From contig JAFUEX010000024.1 of NCBI GenBank assembly GCA_017470165.1, positions 75,398 to 139,397 of the forward strand: 64,000 nucleotides of DNA, given 5' to 3'. The notes beneath the pieces are model-generated. The model made no database searches. It was given only the letters and a program-made list of their open reading frames with translations, and was not told the origin of the DNA. The translations under genes were made by a program, and so were the position numbers. Position 1 is the first letter of the stretch, and every line of letters starts with the position of its first letter. Of the stretch, positions 24,941 through 33,593 are shown one piece after another. This stretch comes from Alphaproteobacteria bacterium (GTDB lineage: Bacteria > Pseudomonadota > Alphaproteobacteria > RF32 > CAG-239).

Positions 24941-26585
24941 AGCAACAGTTAAAGATTTTATGGGTTGCTCATCCGCCGAAATTGTCGCGGACAAAGTGGC
25001 TCTTTTGCTTGGTTTAAACGGTCAAGGGAAGACAAGCTCGTTACTTCCTATTTCAGCGGCTCTGCGCGGTGGTGTTCCTTTGGGTTTGCAAAAAACAAAA
25101 GCCGGAATGCTGGTTAAGACCGGCGCAGGTGTTTCTTCTATCGTTTTAGAGAATGATACATCAAAGGTTTCGGTTACTTGGCCAAAATGCGAACGACGCG
25201 CCGAAGGTGCAGACGCTCCTGAAGCTTCAGATATTGCCGTCGGTGCGATTAAATTTCCATTCATGCCGGATAAAGACAAAGTTGAGCTGTTACGTGGACT
25301 TTTGAAGTGTGAGCCTAAAAAAGAGGATTTATTCTCCGCTTTGCAGTCAAAAGGTTTGTCTGAGAAAGTTTGCGAGATTGTCTGGCACAGCATTGAGGTT
25401 GAAGGCTGGGATGCTTCCCTTGATCGTGCCAAAGAAAAAGGCCGGAGCTTAAAATCTCAATGGGCATTAAATGCCGGGGAAGCATACGGCGAAAAAAAAG
25501 GCGCGAACTGGTTCCCGGTTGGCTGGGAGAATGACCTTGAGGGATTGTCTGCAGAAGCTTTGGAGACAGAAATCACAACCGCGCGGGCGGAGCTTGAGTT
25601 CAAAATTGCCAATCAGGCTGTTTCTGAGGATGAGTTGGCTCGCCTTCAGGAGATCGCTTCTAAAATTGAAGAATTGCGAGCGGCTCATAATTCAGCCGTC
25701 GAGGCTTTTAATCAAAAAGGCCTTGAACTAAAGAATGCGCAGGATGCCCGCAAAAAATTGCCGGAATTACCTCGTTATGATTTGGTTTGTCCTCATTGCG
25801 GCAAGCCGGTCGCGTATGAGAATGGCAAACTCGTTGAAGTAAAGCAAACAATATCTGATGATGAACGCGCAGAAATGGAGCAAAAAATCCTTGATGCAGA
25901 TAATGCTGTCAGTAAAGCTACGCGCGAATTGTCCACATCCAAGACAGAGGTTGCCCTTGCCGAGCAGAAAGTAAAAGAGGCGGAGAAGGCTTCTGAAGAA
26001 TATCTGGCCAAAAAGGACAAGACTGTTTCGCAGGTAGAAGTTGACGAGGCTCGCGAGGCCGTTCGTAAATCTGAGGCTCGCCGTGATGCCTTTAATAAGT
26101 ATCACGAGGGCGTTCGTATCCATAATAATATCATTGAAAATCAAAAAATAATTGATGTTTTGGATCCGGAAGGCATTCGTCGTGAATCGCTTCAAAAAGG
26201 CCTTGATAATTTTAACGGCGATCTTGAGGCTCTTTGTCGTGTTGCTTGCTGGCAAAACGTCACGGTTGACGGAGATATGTCTGTTAATTACGCCGGTCGT
26301 CCGATCGTTCTTTGCTCGGAGAGTGAAAAGTTCCGCGCATTCGTAACCCTGCAATGCCTGATTGCTGATCTTGATGGTTCTTCGGCGGTGGTTATTGATG
26401 CGGCTGATATTCTCGACAGCAAATCGCGCGCCGGTTTATTCAAGCTCTTAGCTTCTCAGGACTATTGTTCATTTGTCGGTATGACGGTCAGCAGGCCGGA
26501 TAAAGTGCCAAGCCTTCAAAAGCTCGGCATTGGCCGGAAGTATTGGGTTGAGAGTGGTATTTGTGAGGAGATCTACAATGGCTGA
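24933..26585 (+). CDS. SbcC/Rad50-like SMC-type ATPase with a zinc hook.
   Basis: Walker A (GLNGQGKTS), a long coiled-coil-like middle region with CPHCGKPV (CxxC hook), and a C-terminal Walker B/D-loop-like VVIDAADILD. Confidence 0.55.
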   Translation: MIKATVKDFMGCSSAEIVADKVALLLGLNGQGKTSSLLPISAALRGGVPLGLQKTKAGMLVKTGAGVSSIVLENDTSKVSVTWPKCERRAEGADAPEASDIAVGAIKFPFMPDKDKVELLRGLLKCEPKKEDLFSALQSKGLSEKVCEIVWHSIEVEGWDASLDRAKEKGRSLKSQWALNAGEAYGEKKGANWFPVGWENDLEGLSAEALETEITTARAELEFKIANQAVSEDELARLQEIASKIEELRAAHNSAVEAFNQKGLELKNAQDARKKLPELPRYDLVCPHCGKPVAYENGKLVEVKQTISDDERAEMEQKILDADNAVSKATRELSTSKTEVALAEQKVKEAEKASEEYLAKKDKTVSQVEVDEAREAVRKSEARRDAFNKYHEGVRIHNNIIENQKIIDVLDPEGIRRESLQKGLDNFNGDLEALCRVACWQNVTVDGDMSVNYAGRPIVLCSESEKFRAFVTLQCLIADLDGSSAVVIDAADILDSKSRAGLFKLLASQDYCSFVGMTVSRPDKVPSLQKLGIGRKYWVESGICEEIYNG

Positions 26586-26787
26586 TAAGGATGATATTGT
26601 AACTGCGATTGACCCGAAAACGCTATCAAAACGCTGGAATGTGTCCACCAAGACGCTGTCTGCTTGGCGCACGGCTGGTCGCGGTCCGAAGTTTTTCTAC
26701 GCGAACGAGGATGACAAGTCCTCTGTTCGCTACCCATTGAAGGAAATTGAAGCCCAAGAGGCTCGGCTTCATGATCACAGCCTTTAA
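26578..26787 (+). CDS. Excisionase/AlpA-family HTH protein.
   Basis: LSKRWNVSTKTLSAWRTAGRGPKF is typical of phage Xis/AlpA DNA-binding domains. Confidence 0.5.
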   Translation: MADKDDIVTAIDPKTLSKRWNVSTKTLSAWRTAGRGPKFFYANEDDKSSVRYPLKEIEAQEARLHDHSL

Positions 26788-26801
26788 CAAAGGAAAATGT
26801 T

Positions 26802-26966
26802 ATGCCGATACGCGAAAAGATTGAGGAATTTATGAAAAAAGCTATTTCGACGGCTCGTTATGTTGCTTTACCGAATGCCGATAAAAAAACGGCATCGCAA
26901 ATGGTGAAAGAGCTCGAAGAAGAGGCCGAAGAACTTAAAGAGGAGATGGCTCGTGTTCTGCGTTAA
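26802..26966 (+). CDS. 54-aa acidic small protein.
   Basis: MPIREKIEEFMKKAISTARYVALPNADKKTASQMVKELEEEAEELKEEMARVLR, below the ORF-track cutoff. Confidence 0.3.
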   Translation: MPIREKIEEFMKKAISTARYVALPNADKKTASQMVKELEEEAEELKEEMARVLR

Positions 26967-27354
26967 TTGTCAAAAAGAGGTTGATGCGCAAATTGTTACG
27001 GGTGCAGACGTGTACGGTCTTCTGACGTTCAATAAATCAGAGCCGTTCGCTCGCTGTCCGCATTGCGGCAATTATGGCGAATATGCCATAGATAAGGAGC
27101 CGCCGTTTTCGGTCATTCCTAATTTTGAATTACGCAAGGCTTATAATCACATCGATTGTCATTTTCAATGCCTTTGGATGCAGAAAAAAATGACCAAGGC
27201 TGAAGCTGAAGCCAAAATGGCTTGGCTTATGTATAACGGTTCTCATCCGTATCGCACGCATGAAATCCGCACACGCGATGAGGCTGTCAAGGCCTATCGC
27301 TTCGCAAAACAGCTTTATAAGGAGTATATTTCAGATGCTACAAAAAATTCATAG
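26953..27354 (+). CDS. Zinc-ribbon protein.
   Basis: CVNC...CPHC pairs in a 133-aa ORF. Confidence 0.4.
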   Translation: MFCVNCQKEVDAQIVTGADVYGLLTFNKSEPFARCPHCGNYGEYAIDKEPPFSVIPNFELRKAYNHIDCHFQCLWMQKKMTKAEAEAKMAWLMYNGSHPYRTHEIRTRDEAVKAYRFAKQLYKEYISDATKNS

Positions 27355-27499
27355 TTTATTTTGTCGCCATTTTTGGCTTCATGTGTTAACCCTCGGCGGT
27401 TTTTGTTCAACAAAACACGGAATGTATGAAATTCCGGGCAATATTTATATTGACTACTGTCCGAAGTGCCATTCTATACGGGGGCGCCATGAAAGATAA
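27335..27499 (+). CDS. 54-aa zinc-ribbon protein.
   Basis: MLQKIHSLFCRHFW...CPKCHSIRGRHER. It is embedded in the longer 27260-27499 track ORF in the same frame. Confidence 0.3.
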   Translation: MLQKIHSLFCRHFWLHVLTLGGFCSTKHGMYEIPGNIYIDYCPKCHSIRGRHER

Positions 27500-28118
27500 G
27501 GAAATCACAGCCGAAATCATCCGCAGATTGCGCTTAATGCCGGAACATAGGAGAGATATTTATTTCCCTGAATTCCGCTGGTGCGCAGGTGTGGCTGGTT
27601 CGCGCCGTGCAGACGCATTCTTTATTCTTGCGCGTCCGCCTTATTTTTCCGTTACCTATGAAGTTAAAGCAAATCATTGGGATTTTGAGCGGGATCTGCA
27701 GAACGCAGAAAAGCATAGCAAAGCTCGGCAATACTCAAACATCTTCTATTATGCGGCTCCGGCCGGTGCTATTCGTCCGGAAGAGTTACCGGAGTGGGCT
27801 GGCTTGGTTGAGTTTGATTTATCAATTCTGGCCGATGAATACACACAAGGTGCAATGGTTGTCAAGCAAGCCCCGCTTCATGACAGAGAGGATCCGGGTT
27901 GGGATTTGATCGCAAGCATTGCAAAACGGCTTCAGGATCCTGCGTTTCGTTTCGAGGCTCACGGTATGCACCTGATTTCAAATGATCAGCTCATGCAGTT
28001 GAAGTCTTTAATCGGTCAGCAGGTCCAAGCAAATAAAATTCTGCAGGCCGGATCCTCGGCAATGATGTCGGCTTTGGCTATTGTCAGCAAAATTTTTAAC
28101 CGAAAGGACAAGCTATGA
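27489..28118 (+). CDS. MmcB-like PD-(D/E)xK family protein.
   Basis: AGSRRADAFFI...YEVKANHWDFERD...NIFYYAAP resembles the MmcB/DUF1052 pattern. Confidence 0.4.
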   Translation: MKDKEITAEIIRRLRLMPEHRRDIYFPEFRWCAGVAGSRRADAFFILARPPYFSVTYEVKANHWDFERDLQNAEKHSKARQYSNIFYYAAPAGAIRPEELPEWAGLVEFDLSILADEYTQGAMVVKQAPLHDREDPGWDLIASIAKRLQDPAFRFEAHGMHLISNDQLMQLKSLIGQQVQANKILQAGSSAMMSALAIVSKIFNRKDKL

Positions 28119-29495
28119 CAGAGATTGTTTTTGTTGACTTGTTCTCCGGCATCGGCGGGTTTGCGGAAGGTTTCCGCCGGGCTGGATTAAAATTCAGATA
28201 TCACGCTTTTTCCGAAATAGATAAAAACGCGATTAGTATTTATAAAAAACACTTTCCTGAAGCAAAGGAGTTAGGCGATGTCCGAACAATTAGAGATTTT
28301 TCAACCATCAGAAATCAACGGGGGGGGGTGCCGCTGGTCGTCACTTTCGGATTTCCTTGTCAAGATCTATCAGTTGCTGGCAAAAGGCGAGGACTTGAAG
28401 GCTCTCGAAGCGGGTTATTCTTTGAAGCAATGCGGGTTATCCGAGAATTGCAACCCGATGTTTTTATCTTTGAAAACGTCAAAGGTCTTCTCTCAAGTAA
28501 CAAAGGACAAGACTTTGTCCGCTGTCTGCAGGAAATTGCCGACCTTGGGAATTATGACGGGCAATGGCAGCTTGTCAATACTAGCTGGATATTACCCCAA
28601 AATCGAGAGCGGATTTACTTTGTCGGCACTCTTAGAGGACAAACCAGACGCCAAGTATTTCCTCTCGTCGACAGCGGTCAGTCGGATTCTCGGTTACAAG
28701 GACAACGAGCTTGCTGCCTTACAGCAAGATATTTCCAGTCAACCGGCGGCGGAACGTATTTTATTGAACGTAAACAGCATAAAGAAGGCAACGATGAAAA
28801 ATCCGCAAGGAACAAGAATTAACACGATTGACGGCAATTCTGTCGCTTTGCAGTCATGCGCTGGCGGCATGGGTGCAAAAACAGGACTGTATTGCGTTCC
28901 GCGTGGCAAGCGCGACGGCGGTTTTAAGGACGGTGACACTTGTCCGACAATAACCGCGAACGCCTTTCAGCAAAATAATTTCATCGTTCCCGTTTTAACG
29001 CCTGATCGCGTAAATAAAAGGCAAAATGGACGCCGCTTCAAAGAAGCCGGAGAACCTTCATTTACCCTGACAACGCAAGATAGACACGGCATTTATGACG
29101 GCATTGATATCCGTCGTCTGACACCTCTTGAATGTGAACGTCTACAGGGTTTTCCGGACGGTTGGACGGAGACCGGCGAAAATGGGCAGAGAATGTCGGA
29201 CACGGCACGTTATAAGGCACTCGGCAACGCGGTCAGCGTGTGCTTTCCTGAATTGATCGCAAAATCTTTGTTTATGGAGAATGAAATGACAGCAGACGTT
29301 ATTCAGTTCCCTCAAAAGAAAAAGGAGAACTTGAACGCGGTCTATGTCCTTTTGGATACGGTCCGCAAAATGCACGATGAGGACGGCTATCGCTTTGCTT
29401 CCTCGGAGTTGAAAGAAAACAGCCAAGGCAAGGTGGTCTTGACTTTGGTTATGGATAAACCAGATCCGGACGACCTTCCGGACATAACAGCATAG
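28115..29495 (+). pseudogene. C5-cytosine DNA methyltransferase disrupted by a single frameshift near 28640.
   Basis: Frame A has motif I (FSGIGGF), motif IV (GFPCQDLSVAGK), motif VI (ENVKGL) and motif VIII (QNRERIYFVG). Frame B continues with AKYFLS, motif IX (RRLTPLECERLQGFPDGW) and motif X (YKALGNAVSV). A G9 tract lies at 28320-28328. Confidence 0.7.
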
Positions 29496-29504
29496 GAGAA
29501 TAAA

Positions 29505-29792
29505 ATGGCAAATCAAAGTGTGGGCAATGGCGCCCTTTTCAAAAACGATAAGCAGGGCGTTGATACGCGTCCGGATTATACCGGAACTGCAAAAATATGG
29601 GACAAGGAGTTTTTCTTGTCAGCTTGGATTAAAAAAAGCCAGTCTGGCAAAACTTATATGTCGCTTTCGTTCAAAGTAAACGAGAAAGGATCGCAGGCTT
29701 CAGGTAGTCAAGCTACTGCTCAACCTACTGGTCAACCTGCTGACCAAGCTCCGGCTTCTTCAGCCCCGGTTGATGATGATATTCCGTTCTAG
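29505..29792 (+). CDS. Short SSB-like protein with a C-terminal DDDIPF tip.
   Basis: 95 aa with an N-terminal ~60-aa globular part. The middle is a Q/P/A/S-rich low-complexity linker. The protein ends in the exact SSB acidic tip DDDIPF. Confidence 0.5.
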   Translation: MANQSVGNGALFKNDKQGVDTRPDYTGTAKIWDKEFFLSAWIKKSQSGKTYMSLSFKVNEKGSQASGSQATAQPTGQPADQAPASSAPVDDDIPF

Positions 29793-29830
29793 GAGACAGC
29801 CCATGAAAAATAAAAATAAAAGGAGAAAAA

Positions 29831-30145
29831 ATGTTTAACACTTTGTTTTTGCCGTTAAAGGCTGGATGGTTCGACAAGATAAAGTCTGGCAAAAAGACTT
29901 TTGAGTTCCGGGCTTGCAAGCCTTATTGGATTGTCAGGCTCACGCCGACAGTTGCTTATTTCAAGGATGGGACGGTTCTTGAAGATAAGGACTTAAAAAT
30001 TTACACGTCCGTTCGATTTGCGCGCGGTTATTCCGGGGAACAAATCACTTTTAAGATTGCCGGTTGTGAAGTCGTTGACGGCTCAAATACTGATTTAGCC
30101 ATTAACGAGCCGGTGTTTGCAATTAAACTTGGAGAAAGGTTATAA
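29831..30145 (+). CDS. ASCH/PUA-like domain protein.
   Basis: FDKIKSGKKTFEFR near the N-terminus resembles the ASCH motif. Confidence 0.3.
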   Translation: MFNTLFLPLKAGWFDKIKSGKKTFEFRACKPYWIVRLTPTVAYFKDGTVLEDKDLKIYTSVRFARGYSGEQITFKIAGCEVVDGSNTDLAINEPVFAIKLGERL

Positions 30146-30147
30146 AA

Positions 30148-31164
30148 ATGAAAAAAACAGCAGAATTTGTGTCATTAGGGCATCCGGATAAAACAGCGGA
30201 TTTTATTTCGAGTTATGTGCTTGACCGTTTAATTGAGCAGGATCCTCACGTAAAATATGCGGTTGAGGTCATGGTTAAAGATAACGAGGTTATTTTGGGC
30301 GGTGAAGTCAAGGGTAACGTTGAGTTCTCTCTAGCCACCCTTCAAACTTGGATTTATGATGCCTTGGCAAAAATAGGCTATACCGAGGACTATTCAAAGC
30401 GGTGGGGTGTCAATGCCATCAATCCCTTAAAGGTTAACGTCACGAATTTAATCGGTAAACAGTCAGGAGATATCAACCAAGGCGTTGAAGCTGACGGCTG
30501 GGGTGATCAAGGTGTCTTTGTTGGCTACGCTTGCAAAAGTGAAGGCAAAGTCAGCCGAGAGCTCTTCCTTGCGCGTAAATTAAACCACGCTCTCTATGAA
30601 ATGGCCAAAACGAGCGAAAATTTTGGAATTGATATTAAAACGCAAATAACAATGAATGACATCGGCGGTGTCGAAACGGCGATTGTTGCGATTCCCATGC
30701 TCAAAGAGATTGATCTGCGCGACTTTGTCACTTCTGTTCTTGGCGAGGAGCCGGAGAATATCATTATAAACGGGACTGGTCGTTATGTTATGCATTCTTC
30801 TATTGCTGATTGCGGGGTTACCGGTCGTAAGCTCGCTTGCGACTTCTATTCTACAACTTGCGCCGTCGGTGGTGGTTCGCCATGGACAAAGGACGCCAGC
30901 AAGGCAGACGTTTCATTGAATATCCTTGCTCGCAAATTGGCTGTTGAAAATTTAGACGGTGCGCATGAATGCTGGGTTTATCTTTCTTCGTGCATTGGTC
31001 GCGCCGATTTGCCGTCCGTTGAGGTTGTTCGCAAGACTGGCATGGCGATCGGCTATAGAGATGTCAAGATTGGCAAACCGTCAGAAATTATCGAGGAGCT
31101 TGGGTTGAATAAGCCGGTATTCGCCGACTTGTGTGCTCGTGGTATTACCGAGGTTTATAAATAA
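30148..31164 (+). CDS. S-adenosylmethionine synthetase-like protein (short MetK).
   Basis: The N-terminal GHPDKTADFISSYVLD matches the MetK GHPDK signature. 338 aa against ~384 aa for bacterial MetK. Confidence 0.55.
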   Translation: MKKTAEFVSLGHPDKTADFISSYVLDRLIEQDPHVKYAVEVMVKDNEVILGGEVKGNVEFSLATLQTWIYDALAKIGYTEDYSKRWGVNAINPLKVNVTNLIGKQSGDINQGVEADGWGDQGVFVGYACKSEGKVSRELFLARKLNHALYEMAKTSENFGIDIKTQITMNDIGGVETAIVAIPMLKEIDLRDFVTSVLGEEPENIIINGTGRYVMHSSIADCGVTGRKLACDFYSTTCAVGGGSPWTKDASKADVSLNILARKLAVENLDGAHECWVYLSSCIGRADLPSVEVVRKTGMAIGYRDVKIGKPSEIIEELGLNKPVFADLCARGITEVYK

Positions 31165-31190
31165 AAAACAGCCATACTTTAAAGTTTTAT

Positions 31191-31231
31191 AACGGCAGTC
31201 ATAAAGTATCATTTGACTGCCGTTATTTTTG
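31191..31231 (+). terminator. Rho-independent terminator after the MetK-like gene.
   Basis: aacggcagtca...tgactgccgtt stem followed by a T-run. Confidence 0.6.
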
Positions 31232-31317
31232 GTTAAAAATTCGCATCTGCTACCTATTTGCTACCTGCATTTTTTAACTTCATTTTAAAGTTTTGATTTT
31301 ATTGTGTTTTTGGCACT

Positions 31318-31373
31318 ACCTCGTCAGGCTCATAACCTGAAGGTCGGAGGTTCAAATCCTCCCCCCGCAACCA
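31318..31373 (+). tRNA. 3' fragment of a host tRNA-Met(CAT) (fMet-like); candidate att core.
   Basis: CTCGTCAGGCTCATAACCTGAAGGTCGGAGGTTCAAATCCTCCCCCCGCAACCA matches E. coli tRNA-fMet from the D-stem onward. The 5' acceptor and D-arm are absent. Confidence 0.6.
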
Positions 31374-31384
31374 TTACACAGCAA

Positions 31385-31420
31385 GGCTTTGAAAGGCATT
31401 TCAAAGTCTTCTTTTTTTAC
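31385..31420 (+). terminator. Rho-independent terminator of the host tRNA gene.
   Basis: ctttgaaaggcatttcaaag hairpin followed by a T7 run. Confidence 0.6.
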
Positions 31421-31876
31421 TCATTTTTAGTCGGGGTAATACTGGGGCAATAATTGAAATTAAATAATATTAATGTTTTCAGCCATCAGGCAAAAAAAAC
31501 GGAGCTCCGCTATATTCAGCATAATTTTATTTTCTGCTTGCTTTTCATAAATTTTTTCGTTACGAATCTAAGTATGTTAATGATTTTATCATTAGCATTG
31601 AGTGCCTGCCAAAGGTGCAAGAGAGCTGTCGTAAGCTCATATCTACTTCGGTGTTAGGATATAACATCGTTATATTGTTAGCTGTTCGTAGCGGCTTACA
31701 ATAAATATATCCCCGATTCATAGCAATATGGTCGGGGAGCTCTTAGCGGATGTCCAAGAGCCATATTGCAAAAATATGTTTCTAAAGGTTAAGAGAATCA
31801 TTTAAGTAGATATGATTTACGAACTCTCCGACCACCTGTAACAGGGTGGTTTAACTTTTTTATAGAGAGTTTTATA

Positions 31877-32515
31877 ATGAGAAATACTTTTTTATTGGCG
31901 GGTGTCGTCGTTTCTTTATTTGCTTTTAATGCAAATGCTTTAGATTTTCAGCAATATGTTTCAGTTAAGGCTACTTACAGCGATATGAATAATACGGTCA
32001 AGGATCACAAGACATATCACGTTGTAGAGCCTGGTAAAGTTTCTGGAACTTATAAGACTTCTTTAGATGATGAGGTCTTTGGTGGTAGCTTTGCTTATGG
32101 CGTTAAGATGAATGCCGTTAGAACAGAACTAGAATTGAATTTACACCAAGAAGCAAAGAAAACTATTCATGAGGTAGATGGAAATGCAAAAATTAAAATA
32201 AAAAATAATTCCGCCTTTTTGAATGCTTACTATGATATTGATACTGGAACTAAATTTACGCCTTATATCGGTGGTGGTTTGGGTGTTGCTCGCATTAAAG
32301 TCAGTGGTACAAAATCTTCTGATGAATTTGCTTGGCAATTAGGTGCCGGTGTTTCTTATGCTGCAACCGAAAATATATCTGTTGATTTAGGGTATAGATA
32401 TATAGATTATGGTTCACATACAATTAATAGAGAAGTAACAGCAAGAAAAACAAGCAAAACAGATTTCGAGTCTGATTCTAACGAATTTTATTTAGGTGTT
32501 AGATACGCATTCTAA
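31877..32515 (+). CDS. Outer-membrane beta-barrel protein (Omp25/Omp31/OmpA-like small barrel).
   Basis: Has a signal peptide, alternating amphipathic strands and a terminal aromatic (YLGVRYAF). Low GC. Confidence 0.55.
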   Translation: MRNTFLLAGVVVSLFAFNANALDFQQYVSVKATYSDMNNTVKDHKTYHVVEPGKVSGTYKTSLDDEVFGGSFAYGVKMNAVRTELELNLHQEAKKTIHEVDGNAKIKIKNNSAFLNAYYDIDTGTKFTPYIGGGLGVARIKVSGTKSSDEFAWQLGAGVSYAATENISVDLGYRYIDYGSHTINREVTARKTSKTDFESDSNEFYLGVRYAF

Positions 32516-33593
32516 GATTAATGAATAAGAGCAATTTTATTTTTCATAGAGGGGCTGAGTTTTCACAAAGCCCCTTTTTCCGTTCTAAAGAAAAGAGGAC
32601 TCCCTAGGAGTTTTATACGGTCTTTAAGAAAGGGATTTATCAATGGCAACATTCGAAGACGGCGAAAAAGTAAGAATTAACAAACAATATCAGGAAATTG
32701 TTCGGAAAATTCCACTTTCAGCACCTTTGGATTTAAGGCGGGCGGTTGAAGTTGCCGCTCGGATTATTTTCTGTATCTGACTTTCCAACTACCTTGACTG
32801 TTCAGATGGCAGATAGCGCAAGAAAGTATCTTTGAACTGAGATTTTTATATCTGCACTTATCCGCTAGTCAACTGAAAAGGTCAGTCCGTTTGCCGATAC
32901 TTTAGCTTTTTTTCTCTTTCTTTGAAATAATTTTCAATATATTCACTTACCTGTTCGTTTTTTTCATCAACTGAAAAATACATACCGCCACAGGTATCGT
33001 GAAAATGAAGTTCGATTCCAAAATTTTCTTTTATTTTCTTCTTTAGATCTATAACAATATTTAACATATTTTCTACTGCCTGTTAAAATATATTTTTGTA
33101 TTATAATATAATTTATTTATTTTTTTCTATTATATTTTTTAGGGAAGAGCATGAAAAGATTTTAATTTTGAACAAACTAAAATTATCATTAAAAAAATCA
33201 ACATGTTAATTCGGTATAATTTTCCTTTTTTGTTAGTCTTGCACAACCAGTAAAATCAAGGCTTTCAGAGTTTTCTGGAAGCCTTTAATTTTTGCCAGTG
33301 CTACGCAGGTGCTACACCATTTTTTGGAAATTTAGTCTTGGTTCGGTTGCTTAAAAGCGATTAAAAATCCCCGATTTCCCTTGTGAATAAAAAATGTTAA
33401 AGAAGTCTCATTCTTTAACATTTTCTCTGGAATTGCCTAAAATACTATAGTTTTGAAAATGGCTAAAATACCGAATATAAAAAATGTTAAACTTTGTTCG
33501 GATTACAAACATTATTTAACATTCATACAATACTTTCACATTGACTTTTGAAATGCAAAAATTAATATTAATTTCAATATGACGAGGTAACAC

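Larger units (their letters stand above)
1..31373. mobile_element. Lambda-like prophage, right-hand portion. It continues beyond the left edge of the window. The right boundary is tentatively placed at a tRNA-fMet 3' fragment.
   Basis: Contiguous phage genes (capsid, portal, terminases, replication, repressor, methyltransferases) with no housekeeping genes. GC content is intermediate between the flanking islets and the chromosome. A host tRNA-Met 3' fragment plus terminator lies at 31318-31420. Confidence 0.75.

Noticed and set aside
28278-28640. Annotating the 405-aa ORF (28278-29495) as an independent gene starting at MSEQLEIF.
   Set aside because: Its first ~120 codons overlap the N-terminal MTase motifs in another frame and contain no MTase motifs. 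Only the part after ~28640 is the genuine continuation of the methyltransferase.
31454-31657. 67-aa ORF in the AT-rich region after the tRNA fragment.
   Set aside because: No RBS and a hydrophobic low-complexity translation in extremely AT-rich DNA. It is more likely promoter/UTR sequence of the OMP gene.
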